From IMG/VR virus record IMGVR_UViG_3300020190_000010, positions 64,001 through 128,000 of that record: a DNA stretch of 64,000 bases; one strand, 5' to 3'. How positions within the stretch are numbered: the stretch's first letter is position 1; each line of letters opens with the position of its first letter. Source of the stretch: a virus. Position numbers and translations under genes: made by a program. The notes under the pieces are model-generated. The model had not been told where the DNA came from. It saw only the letters and a program-made list of their open reading frames with translations, and did no database searches. This document shows positions 9,089-18,095 of this stretch, piece by piece.

Positions 9089-11266
9089 ATGATAAAAAAT
9101 ATTATATTAAATGTTTCTAGATCATACAATCCCTACGTTTTTTCAAATGAAATATGGGCATGGGGACTCAATGATACAGGACAACTTGGACTGAATAATT
9201 TGACAAACCGTTCAAGTCCAGTGCAAGTTGGAACTCTTACCAATTGGAAAGATATTTCTGCAGGTAGTTCACATACAATGGCTATAAAAACAGATGGAAC
9301 AATGTGGAGTTGGGGTTCTAATAATGTTGGTCAATTAGGTATTGGAACCGTAGGAACTAAATCATCGCCCGTTCAAATTGGTTATGATACAAATTGGGTG
9401 TCTGGATCAGCAGGTGATGGTCATACTCTTGCCGTTAGAAATGATGGAACAATGTGGAGTTGGGGTTCAAATGGTGCAGGGCAACTTGGATTAAGTAATA
9501 CAACAAATAGAAGTAGCCCAGTTCAAATTGGAACTCTAACTAATTGGAAAGATGTTTCTGCAGGTCGTTCACATACAATGGCTATAAAAACAGATGGAAC
9601 GCTTTGGGGTTGGGGTTTTAATGTTTTTGGTCAATTGGGCGATGGAATCCAGACGAGTAAATCATCGCCCGTTCAAATTGGAACACGAACATGGACAACC
9701 GTTTCCGCCGGTGCAATTCATTCAGCCGCTATTCGTTCCGATGCCACTCTTTGGACATGGGGTAATAATGGAACTGGACAATTGGGCGATGTAACCGTAG
9801 TAAGTAAATCATCGCCCGTTCAAGTTGGAACTAGAACATGGACAGATGTTGCGGCGGGTCTTTCTATGACTATGGCAGTTAGGGGCGATGGAACTCTTTG
9901 GACATGGGGTAATAATGATAATGGTCAATTGGGATTGCTTAGAGACCGCAGTAGACCTAATTATGTAGATACTTATACTACTTTTACAAGTATTACTACC
10001 GGAGATGAAGCTTCACTTGCGATAGCATATGACGGAACTCTTTGGTCCTGGGGATCAAACTCAGGTGGTGTACTTGGTCATAATGATGGCATTTCACGTA
10101 GTAGTCCAACACAAATTGGAACTAGAATTTGGAATAATGTATCAAGGGGAGATCATCTACATACATTAGCAGTCCGTAATGATAATACGTTATGGTCATG
10201 GGGCGCGAATATTTTTGGTTCTTTAGGACAAAACGATGATATATGGAGATCTAGTCCAGTTCAAGTTGGAACTTTGAGTAATTGGTCACAAGTTTCTTCT
10301 GGATATTTACATTCTCATGCTGTTAAAACAAACGGTACACTTTGGGGTTGGGGGTACTTTGCTACCGGTGATGGTACAAGCAACAATAGATCCAGTCCAG
10401 TTCAAGTTGGAACTTTGAGTAATTGGTCTCAAGTTTCATCACTATTCGCAGAGGCATTTGCATTAAAGACGGATGGAACTCTATGGGCATGGGGAATAAA
10501 CTCATACGGAGCCCATGGCGATGGAACTACTACTTTTACGCTTTCTCCAGTGCAAATAGGAACTAGAACATGGTCATTTATTAGTGAAGGTGGTGGTGGT
10601 CTCCCATTAATGCAAACCTTTCATATGATTGCAGTTAGATCAGATGGAACTCTTTGGGCATGGGGACTCAATAATACAGGACAACTTGGACTGAATGATT
10701 TAGCAAACCGTAGTAGTCCAGTTCAAATAGGAACTGAAACAAATTGGGCATCCGGTGCAGTTGGTGGTAGTTCTACAATGGCAATAAAAACAAATGGAAC
10801 TCTATGGGCATGGGGAAGGAACGCAAACGCTATGCTTGGATTAGGTGACACTATAAATCGTAGTAGTCCTGTTCAAGTTGGCACTTTATCATCATGGGTT
10901 TCTGCCAGTATAGGTGAACAACATACAGTATTACTTCAAAATAATGGATACATATTAACTACTGGAGCTGCCAATCAATCCGGTGAACCTGGATTTGAAA
11001 CTAATAGGGCAATAAATCGTAGTTCTCCAGTTCAACTTGGTATCGATACAAATTGGCAAAGGGTAGAGGCAGCAATAAGTACAGGTGGACAATTCATTGC
11101 ACAAAAAACAGATGGAACACTTTGGTTATGGGGATCAAACACATCCGGTAATTTAGGTGACGGAACAGTTATTGCGAGGTCATCGCCAGTTCAAATTGGT
11201 AATGAAACAACTTGGGTTGATTTTAGTGCTAAGGGATTTCATTTTGTTGGTATAAAAAGATACTAA
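9089..11266 (+). CDS. RCC1/BLIP-II repeat beta-propeller protein (putative fibre-associated adhesin)
   Basis: About 14 repeats of roughly 50 aa: DGTLWxWGxNxxGQLGxxxxxxRSSPVQIG. Confidence 0.85.
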   Translation: MIKNIILNVSRSYNPYVFSNEIWAWGLNDTGQLGLNNLTNRSSPVQVGTLTNWKDISAGSSHTMAIKTDGTMWSWGSNNVGQLGIGTVGTKSSPVQIGYDTNWVSGSAGDGHTLAVRNDGTMWSWGSNGAGQLGLSNTTNRSSPVQIGTLTNWKDVSAGRSHTMAIKTDGTLWGWGFNVFGQLGDGIQTSKSSPVQIGTRTWTTVSAGAIHSAAIRSDATLWTWGNNGTGQLGDVTVVSKSSPVQVGTRTWTDVAAGLSMTMAVRGDGTLWTWGNNDNGQLGLLRDRSRPNYVDTYTTFTSITTGDEASLAIAYDGTLWSWGSNSGGVLGHNDGISRSSPTQIGTRIWNNVSRGDHLHTLAVRNDNTLWSWGANIFGSLGQNDDIWRSSPVQVGTLSNWSQVSSGYLHSHAVKTNGTLWGWGYFATGDGTSNNRSSPVQVGTLSNWSQVSSLFAEAFALKTDGTLWAWGINSYGAHGDGTTTFTLSPVQIGTRTWSFISEGGGGLPLMQTFHMIAVRSDGTLWAWGLNNTGQLGLNDLANRSSPVQIGTETNWASGAVGGSSTMAIKTNGTLWAWGRNANAMLGLGDTINRSSPVQVGTLSSWVSASIGEQHTVLLQNNGYILTTGAANQSGEPGFETNRAINRSSPVQLGIDTNWQRVEAAISTGGQFIAQKTDGTLWLWGSNTSGNLGDGTVIARSSPVQIGNETTWVDFSAKGFHFVGIKRY

Positions 11267-11278
11267 TTAAAAATAAAG

Positions 11279-11310
11279 TTTGTTTATATTGTAAATTATT
11301 CGTATATTTG
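11279..11310 (+). promoter_or_regulatory. Bacteroidota-type primary-sigma promoter
   Basis: TTTG (11279-11282), 20 nt, TATATTTG (11303-11310). Confidence 0.7.
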
Positions 11311-11343
11311 TTATACTTTTGAAGAATAAAAAGGTTATATGTT

Positions 11344-12348
11344 ATGGAACAAAAAATTCATCCACTTGATGAAGCACTTTCCTATGCCATTAACGGTGCA
11401 CCCGAAAGAAGTGAGGAGATATTGAGAGACCAACCTCAAAATGACTATCGTGTTCTTTTTAATTTAGGATGGCACGAAATGCGTAAGGGTAATATGCAAA
11501 AAGCATTTGAACATTTCAATTATGGTCGTTTCATTGATGTCTTTGGTCTTCCTGCATTGCCAGGAAACATATGGAAAGATGAACCGCTTGAGGGCAAAAC
11601 ACTTCTTTTCCGTTGTGAAGGTGGTTATGGAGACCAAATTCTTAATTTTCGTTTTGCTAAGAGATTTGAGGAGATGGGTGCAAGAGTTTTGGTGTCTTGT
11701 GCACCAGAATTAAAGGCATTATTCTCTCGTCACGGTTTTATTTGTGTAGACAATGAAGTAATTATGTGTGCACACTATGATTATTGGGTTCCGGCTATGT
11801 CTGCCGCTTATGTTTTGGGTATGGAATACGAAGATTTAGACGGTTCACCGTTTATTTTTCCAACTGAACCAAGAAAATTGTTTTCAAAACCAAATCATCT
11901 TAAAGTTGGTATTCGTTGGAGTGGTTCTCCTGAATTTGAAGATGAACAACACCGAAGATTTCCACCAGAATTGATGATAAACCTACATGATATTCCAAAT
12001 ACAACACTCTATTCACTTCAGCGTGACGAAAATCTAGTTGATGGTCTTCCATTTGGTGATATGCGTGAACAAATGAAGTCTTGGGATGAAACTGCTAACA
12101 TTATTGCAGGTTGCGATGTTATCATTACATCATGCACGTCAATTGCACATCTTGCAGGTGCTATGGGTAAACCCACATGGATTGTTACGCCAATCATGCC
12201 TTACTATTCGTGGGTTGTTCCAGGTAATACTTCTCGTTGGTATGATACTGTTAGACTGTTCAGACAAGAAAAATATGGTGAATGGGAAGCTCCTTTCCAA
12301 AAAATACGTGAAGAACTTACAAAATTAGCAGAAGGATATGCAAAATAA
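11344..12348 (+). CDS. TPR-associated GT9/heptosyltransferase-like glycosyltransferase
   Basis: EGGYGDQILNFRF, KVGIRWSGSP, DVIITSCTSIAHLAGAMGKPTW and WYDTVRLFRQ motifs. Confidence 0.8.
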   Translation: MEQKIHPLDEALSYAINGAPERSEEILRDQPQNDYRVLFNLGWHEMRKGNMQKAFEHFNYGRFIDVFGLPALPGNIWKDEPLEGKTLLFRCEGGYGDQILNFRFAKRFEEMGARVLVSCAPELKALFSRHGFICVDNEVIMCAHYDYWVPAMSAAYVLGMEYEDLDGSPFIFPTEPRKLFSKPNHLKVGIRWSGSPEFEDEQHRRFPPELMINLHDIPNTTLYSLQRDENLVDGLPFGDMREQMKSWDETANIIAGCDVIITSCTSIAHLAGAMGKPTWIVTPIMPYYSWVVPGNTSRWYDTVRLFRQEKYGEWEAPFQKIREELTKLAEGYAK

Positions 12349-13133
12349 TGGATTCCAATAGATTGAGCATAGATATTGTTCTACGGACACATAGTTTCAT
12401 AGATATTCATGCTAATCCAACACCAAGATATTGTGGTGTTGATAAAACTACATTGGTTATTAAGTGTATTAAGTCATTGATTCAGTCTGCAGAACAATAT
12501 GATGGAAAGATTCACTTTGTTTGGTTTGATGACCATTCATCACAAAAATTGATCGATGGGTTACATGACATTTTCAAAACATCTAAACACACATATGAGT
12601 TTAACCCATTAGAATTGCGTGGATGGAATGCATCTGGACATGCACAATTTGATAGAGGTCGTTCATCTACTGCCGATTTAGTTTATTTTGTGGAAGATGA
12701 TTACCTACATTATCCGAATGCAATACTTGATATGGTGGACGCTTACATTCGTTTCAAAACGAATTTAGGAACAGAAGTTGCCATTCACCCATACGATGAT
12801 CCAGATAATTACTTACCAAAGTTTATTGATGAAACTCGCGTTGTTCTCGGTAGAGATAGACATTGGAGAACAAACAAGTATTCAACATTTACTTTTATGT
12901 GTAATCCTGAAATAGTCCGTAAGTTCTGGAGTAGATTTTATACTTGTGCAACTGAATACATGACAGAGTGGGGTGAGGCAAATGAAATACAAGAAGGAAC
13001 TACTATCAATCATATTTGGCGTTGGGAAGTGAAGTTATTTACACCAATACCGTCACTTGCTCTTCATATGGGTTATGAAAGACAATTAGATCCTTATATT
13101 GATTGGAAGAAATTGTGGAATTTAATTCAGTAA
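12348..13133 (+). CDS. GT2-like glycosyltransferase
   Basis: FDDHSS and VYFVEDDYLH (GT-A) motifs. Confidence 0.7.
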   Translation: MDSNRLSIDIVLRTHSFIDIHANPTPRYCGVDKTTLVIKCIKSLIQSAEQYDGKIHFVWFDDHSSQKLIDGLHDIFKTSKHTYEFNPLELRGWNASGHAQFDRGRSSTADLVYFVEDDYLHYPNAILDMVDAYIRFKTNLGTEVAIHPYDDPDNYLPKFIDETRVVLGRDRHWRTNKYSTFTFMCNPEIVRKFWSRFYTCATEYMTEWGEANEIQEGTTINHIWRWEVKLFTPIPSLALHMGYERQLDPYIDWKKLWNLIQ

Positions 13134-13135
13134 TC

Positions 13136-13143
13136 ATATTTAT
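13136..13143 (+). promoter_or_regulatory. Candidate late promoter ATATTTAT
   Basis: Intergenic, 33 nt before 13177. Confidence 0.6.
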
Positions 13144-13176
13144 TGATATGATATTTAATGAACAAAGGAATTTCCA

Positions 13177-13638
13177 ATGAGATATGCATTTGTAGAAAAT
13201 GGTATAGTTAAAGAAAGTAATAGACCATTACCTATTATTTGGGCAAATGTTTCAAACTTTCATTTGTTTGATGTTGAAACTCTGAAAACTTATGGTTGGT
13301 ATCCGTATCGTTTTGTTGAAGCTCAAAAAGATGTGGATGATATTATTGATGGTTCTTATTTTTCTGTTGAAGAAAACGAAGTTGTTGAATATCAAACTGT
13401 AAGAAAAAAATCAGAACAAGATATACAAAACGAAATAGATAACCAATGGGGTAATGTTCGTGCTCGTAGGAATATACAATTGATGGAAAGTGATTGGACA
13501 CAAGTTCTTGACAGTCCTTTTACAGACGAACAAAAAGAAGAATGGAAATTATATCGTCAGTTACTACGAGATATAACTTTACAAGTTGATGTTTTCAATA
13601 TATCTTGGCCTGTAAAACCTGGAACAGAAAATGAATAA
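13177..13638 (+). CDS. Tail fibre assembly chaperone-like protein
   Basis: C-terminal R..RN..L.ESDWTQ..DSP...W..YRQ.LRDIT...WP.KP signature. Confidence 0.8.
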   Translation: MRYAFVENGIVKESNRPLPIIWANVSNFHLFDVETLKTYGWYPYRFVEAQKDVDDIIDGSYFSVEENEVVEYQTVRKKSEQDIQNEIDNQWGNVRARRNIQLMESDWTQVLDSPFTDEQKEEWKLYRQLLRDITLQVDVFNISWPVKPGTENE

Positions 13639-14374
13639 CAAAATTACAAAATTGATTAAGGAAATGAACCTTGCCATATTCAATGAAAATGATTTGGTAG
13701 ATAAGGATGTTCTTGTAATTTATCCTGGTAAATTTCAACCGATGGCAATATATCATAGAGAAGAATATGATAGAATTTGCCGTAAGTTTGATAAAGAAAA
13801 TGTTTATATTGTTACAGACGATACCACTGATCCAATAGAAAAACCACTAACATTTGATGAAAAGTCTGCAATTATGCGTCGTCATAATGTTAAGCGGATT
13901 ATGAAATCAAATACACCATTTCATGCAACAGATGTTATCGAACAATTTGATAACGATAGCACCATTGTAATTTATGCGGTTGATAAAGACGATGTATCAA
14001 AGTTGAAGGATTACAAAAGATTGATGTGTTGGAATGGTAGTAGTCAATTGGCATACAAAGATATTCAAAATCCGTATGTATATTATATGATTGTTAATCA
14101 TGTTCGTTACAATATTCCAAGTTTTGGCGAGATGACACAAAAAAGTATTTTTTCTGCTTTGGCTGATAGAAGTGCTAAATTAGCTGAATTAAAGTCTCGT
14201 TTTATTTCTATATTTGGTTGGTTTGATGTTGAGATATTCAATATGGTTGTTTCCAAGTTCAATACAAAACGTGGAAAAATGAAAGAAGTAAAATCCGATA
14301 AAAATGGTTTAAGACCAATCCACATGATAACAAGAAAATTTTGGAACAAAGTTTACAACGAAATAATAAAGTAA
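13631..14374 (+). CDS. Cytidylyltransferase-like (HxGH superfamily) protein with a degenerate motif
   Basis: VIYPGKFQP followed by MAIYH instead of FHxGH. Also NVYIVT and PLTFDEK. Confidence 0.6.
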   Translation: MNNKITKLIKEMNLAIFNENDLVDKDVLVIYPGKFQPMAIYHREEYDRICRKFDKENVYIVTDDTTDPIEKPLTFDEKSAIMRRHNVKRIMKSNTPFHATDVIEQFDNDSTIVIYAVDKDDVSKLKDYKRLMCWNGSSQLAYKDIQNPYVYYMIVNHVRYNIPSFGEMTQKSIFSALADRSAKLAELKSRFISIFGWFDVEIFNMVVSKFNTKRGKMKEVKSDKNGLRPIHMITRKFWNKVYNEIIK

Positions 14375-14385
14375 AAGGTTATGTT

Positions 14386-15003
14386 ATGGACATTAAAATT
14401 GATAATTTGAATGATGTAAAAAAACTTCTTGCGGGAGAACACGAAAGTCAAAACAAAATTGCGGTAGGTTATATTGGAGATAATTCAGAAGATAAAATAT
14501 CCCGCAAAATTGGTGACAAGTGGTTCGATGAAGATGGAAATGAGTGGGAACAAAAGAATGGGTATAAAGTAAAACTTGGGAAAGAATGGCAACAAGAGTT
14601 ACATAATTACTTAAATACTTTTCCAAATTGTAGAAAAGAAAATTGTGTATGTATGTTTCCAAAAAAGATAGATGAAAAAATGCGTCGCATTCATGGAATG
14701 TGTTTTGATTGTGTAGTTGAAATGGAACACAAAATTCGATTGGAAGGTAAGTGGGATGAATATGAAAAAAGAAAATTGAAAGAAAACGCAATGGCTTGGT
14801 TAGCAGAAGCTGAAAAAGACAAGGATGCAGTTGCAAACGAATTATCAAACATGGAATTTTCAAATGATTTTGGTGATACTGAAAAATGGAAAACTCCATT
14901 CAACAAAGAAGAAATGTTAGAAAAAATAGAAAATGAATTTGCAGAGTTTAGAAAGAACTTTATTGAAAAGTTAGAAAAGGATTTAGGAGAAAGAGTTGAA
15001 TAA
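14386..15003 (+). CDS. Hypothetical protein with Cys clusters
   Basis: ORF track (start refined to ATG 14386). CRKENCVC and CFDC motifs. Confidence 0.7.
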   Translation: MDIKIDNLNDVKKLLAGEHESQNKIAVGYIGDNSEDKISRKIGDKWFDEDGNEWEQKNGYKVKLGKEWQQELHNYLNTFPNCRKENCVCMFPKKIDEKMRRIHGMCFDCVVEMEHKIRLEGKWDEYEKRKLKENAMAWLAEAEKDKDAVANELSNMEFSNDFGDTEKWKTPFNKEEMLEKIENEFAEFRKNFIEKLEKDLGERVE

Positions 15004-15316
15004 ACTTAATCCAGTTGCTCAAACTTTTAGTGGTTTTAGTGGTAGAATATCATCCAAGCGTGTGATGATGTTTTTTTCTTTTGGTGTTATGATATTTATG
15101 GCAATAGTATCAACCTTTTATGATAAGAAAGTTGAACAATTTATATTCGATGGTTTTCTTTACATAGTAGTTGGTAGTCTTTTTTCAGTAGCATCAGAAC
15201 AATTTGCAAACAAATTTACAAAGATAGAAAATGGAGAAGGTGATGAATACTATTCAGATTACGATGAGCAAGATATTATTGATGAACCACCAAAAAGAAA
15301 ACGGAGAAATTTATGA
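14996..15316 (+). CDS. Small two-TM membrane protein (holin-like)
   Basis: SSKR followed by two hydrophobic segments, then a charged C-terminal tail. Confidence 0.5.
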   Translation: MNKLNPVAQTFSGFSGRISSKRVMMFFSFGVMIFMAIVSTFYDKKVEQFIFDGFLYIVVGSLFSVASEQFANKFTKIENGEGDEYYSDYDEQDIIDEPPKRKRRNL

Positions 15317-15888
15317 AAGCGGTAATAATTGAAAGAGCAGTTCCAACTAATAAGAAACTTTATTCGAGAATAAAATCGAGAATTAAAAGTAAATATAAAG
15401 TATGGCCAAGTGCATATGCTTCAGGTGCTCTTGTTAAAGCATACAAAGCTGCAGGTGGTGGATTTCGTAATGTAAAAGAAACTATTGTAAATCCTGGCTA
15501 TCAACTTGAAGGATATGCTACAAATGCTTGTGGTAAAATCACCGAATTACATTTTCGTTTACAAGAAAGTGAACCTAATATGATGAATGAAGCAGAATAT
15601 CGTGGTAGAAAAGTATCATTAGGTAAACCATTCAGAACACCGGGTGGTCCAAAAAAATTTTCCGTGTATGTAAAAAAACCAAATGGTAATATCGTAAAAG
15701 TAAACTTTGGTCACAAGGGCGAAGGTGGTAAGAAAACCATGCGTATTAAAAAAAGTAATGCAGCTCGTAGAAAATCATTTCGTGCTCGTCACAATTGTCA
15801 ATCTCCCGGACCAAGACATAAGGCAAGATATTGGTCATGCCGTTTTGGATGGCCGTCAAGTGGCAAAGGTGCAATAGATAAGACTTAA
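15313..15888 (+). CDS. Two-domain basic phage protein
   Basis: Domain 1 contains WPSAYASGALVK. Domain 2 is AEYRGRKVSLGKP...VKVNFG...RKSFRARHNC...ARYWSC. Confidence 0.75.
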   Translation: MKAVIIERAVPTNKKLYSRIKSRIKSKYKVWPSAYASGALVKAYKAAGGGFRNVKETIVNPGYQLEGYATNACGKITELHFRLQESEPNMMNEAEYRGRKVSLGKPFRTPGGPKKFSVYVKKPNGNIVKVNFGHKGEGGKKTMRIKKSNAARRKSFRARHNCQSPGPRHKARYWSCRFGWPSSGKGAIDKT

Positions 15889-15891
15889 TAT

Positions 15892-17016
15892 ATGAACCCA
15901 GCAACTTTCAAGTCGATGCTTACTCCCGAAATGGGAACAAATAATGTTACAGATACAGACCACGCTGCACAAATACTTGCTGATGCATATGATTTGGCAA
16001 ACATAGGTTCTAGTTGCACATTTTTTGGTTCATCAGTTATTAGTGGTGATAAAGATACATTGCAAAAATTTATCAAGTTAGCTTTTGATACCAATAAAAC
16101 TACAAATACAAAAGAAGGTTTTATTTTAATGGCAACTGGATTTTGTGCATATTGGTTGAAAGCTATATTTACACCATTACCAACTTTGCCTCCTACGATA
16201 AGTCCGTTAAAAGGCACAACTGTTCTTTTTCCAGGAGAACCTACGGAATTGGAAAAAGATTTAATAAAGGCATTTGACCAACCAGAATTTGAAATGTTTG
16301 CTGATACATTGTATAATGCATTAGTTGCACATCATACTAAAATAGCAGGAACATATAATGGACTAATACCCGCTTTTCCATCACCAATTCCTGGTATATT
16401 GCCTTGGGTTGCAATTTTAAGTGCACCTTTACCTGATACAGGAACTTCCGGCACAAGTGGAAAGGATGGATCATCTGGAACAAAAGGTAATGGTGGAACT
16501 GGTGGAACATCTGGAACTGGTGGAACATCTGGAACTGGTGGAACATCTGGAACTGGTGGAACATCTGGAACTTCTGGTTCTGGTGGAACTGGTGGAACAT
16601 CTGGAACTGGTGGAACATCTGGAACTGGTGGAACATCTGGAACTTCTGGTTCTGGTGGAACTGGTGGAACATCTGGAACTTCTGGTTCTGATAAAGGTAT
16701 GGGTGGGTTCGATACAAAAGGAGTTTCTGATTATAGAGTAAAGTTAAGATTATCTAATATAGTTCGTAGTGTTGATGGAAAATATAATGCAGATTCTATA
16801 ATAAGATTTGCTTTAAGTGACTTCCAAAGACCTGTACCTAACCAAATAAAATATGATAGTACGTTTAATAAAAAATTGATACCAGAGATTGGAAACTTAA
16901 AAGGACAAGATAGAAATAGATTATTTTACATATTCGATTATATGATTGAACAAAAAAATCTTGAATTAGACAATATAACTGGATATGTAAAATATGGATC
17001 AGTTAAAATAACATAA
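15892..17016 (+). CDS. Hypothetical (probably structural) protein with a Gly-X-Y repeat linker
   Basis: ORF track. Central GTG/GTS triplet array. Confidence 0.7.
   Translation: MNPATFKSMLTPEMGTNNVTDTDHAAQILADAYDLANIGSSCTFFGSSVISGDKDTLQKFIKLAFDTNKTTNTKEGFILMATGFCAYWLKAIFTPLPTLPPTISPLKGTTVLFPGEPTELEKDLIKAFDQPEFEMFADTLYNALVAHHTKIAGTYNGLIPAFPSPIPGILPWVAILSAPLPDTGTSGTSGKDGSSGTKGNGGTGGTSGTGGTSGTGGTSGTGGTSGTSGSGGTGGTSGTGGTSGTGGTSGTSGSGGTGGTSGTSGSDKGMGGFDTKGVSDYRVKLRLSNIVRSVDGKYNADSIIRFALSDFQRPVPNQIKYDSTFNKKLIPEIGNLKGQDRNRLFYIFDYMIEQKNLELDNITGYVKYGSVKIT
16495..16690 (+). repeat. 18-bp tandem repeat ggaactggtggaacatct (GTGGTS)
   Basis: Directly visible tandem array with tctggttct interruptions. Confidence 0.9.
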
Positions 17017-17022
17017 TACTAC

Positions 17023-17030
17023 ATATTTAT
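17023..17030 (+). promoter_or_regulatory. Candidate late promoter ATATTTAT
   Basis: Intergenic, 4 nt before ATG 17035. Confidence 0.55.
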
Positions 17031-17034
17031 CTAT

Positions 17035-17379
17035 ATGAATAAATGCACAGAAAATATAGTAAGAGAAATAATAAACAAATATCTACGATCAGTAATCATC
17101 GAAGGAAAAAAACCCAGTGGTGGTCTTACTGGTTGGTTTAGAGAAAAATGGGTTGATATTTCTCGTAATAAAAAAAGTGGTGGCCATCCACCATGCGGCG
17201 CCTCTGCTGGTAGTAAGGCAAGAAAAGGTGGTAAAAGAGCATATCCCAAATGTGTTCCTGCATCAAAAGCCGCTTCAATGTCAAAAAAACAAAAAAGAAG
17301 TGCAGTATCACGAAAAAGAAAACACGGTACAACCGGTCGTGGTAAGGCAAAAATGGTTTCAACTTATACAAAAGGTTAA
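17035..17379 (+). CDS. Small basic phage protein (WF.EKWVDI...PCG...YPKCVP family)
   Basis: Motif pattern, very Lys/Arg-rich. Confidence 0.7.
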   Translation: MNKCTENIVREIINKYLRSVIIEGKKPSGGLTGWFREKWVDISRNKKSGGHPPCGASAGSKARKGGKRAYPKCVPASKAASMSKKQKRSAVSRKRKHGTTGRGKAKMVSTYTKG

Positions 17380-17381
17380 TT

Positions 17382-17720
17382 ATGAATGGTGTTTTGGAAG
17401 AAAAAATTGGCAAATATGTGAAAATGTTTGTCATTGGAGTTTTTGCAATACTTTTTGTTTATTTAGTTTATGACAATAATCGTTCAAAAGAACAGATAAA
17501 GACATCAACAAAAACAAAAGATAGTTTAGACGCTTTAATAAACAAATATGAGTTTGATTATACTAATTTGAAAAAAAGAGCTGATGAATTAGACTCACTA
17601 ATTAAAGTTCGTAAGGACAGTATTCTTATCATACGAAAAAAATTCTATGTTTATCGTGATAAAGAAATAAAAAATCCTGATGAAGCCACAAAGTATATTA
17701 TCAACTTTTTGAAAGACTAA
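17382..17720 (+). CDS. Membrane-anchored coiled-coil protein (spanin-like candidate)
   Basis: N-terminal TM segment followed by a coiled coil. Confidence 0.5.
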   Translation: MNGVLEEKIGKYVKMFVIGVFAILFVYLVYDNNRSKEQIKTSTKTKDSLDALINKYEFDYTNLKKRADELDSLIKVRKDSILIIRKKFYVYRDKEIKNPDEATKYIINFLKD

Positions 17721-17723
17721 TCT

Positions 17724-18095
17724 ATGAAGTATTTAATTGCCCTATTATTTTCAGTAACAACTGTGTTTGCAGTTGAAAATGACTCTGTTATATGTTTTAA
17801 GAAAACCGATGTGGTGAAGATGGCAAATCGTATTCAACTAATTCGTGATTCAGTTGAATATCTAACCGCAGTTGTAAATGCTCAAGATACTTTAATAGAA
17901 TTTCACCAAACTCGTTTTGACTTATATCACCAACAATTAAAAAATCGTGACCAAGCTATTGATGCTTGTAAAAAAAGAAGTGTAGAATTGGAAAAAATTA
18001 TTGATGAACTCCAACCAAAATGGTATGATAATAAATTACTTTGGTTCTTTACTGGTGTTGGAACTACTCTTGGGATAGTATTTGCAGTTCAATGA
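17724..18095 (+). CDS. Signal-peptide coiled-coil protein with C-terminal TM (spanin-like candidate)
   Basis: MKYLIALLFSVTTVFA signal, coiled coil, then KWY..LLWFFTGVG TM. Confidence 0.5.
   Translation: MKYLIALLFSVTTVFAVENDSVICFKKTDVVKMANRIQLIRDSVEYLTAVVNAQDTLIEFHQTRFDLYHQQLKNRDQAIDACKKRSVELEKIIDELQPKWYDNKLLWFFTGVGTTLGIVFAVQ

Noticed and set aside
9089-11266. Possible diversity-generating retroelement target in the RCC1 gene
   Set aside because: No reverse transcriptase and no template/variable repeat pair with adenine-specific differences was seen in the window.
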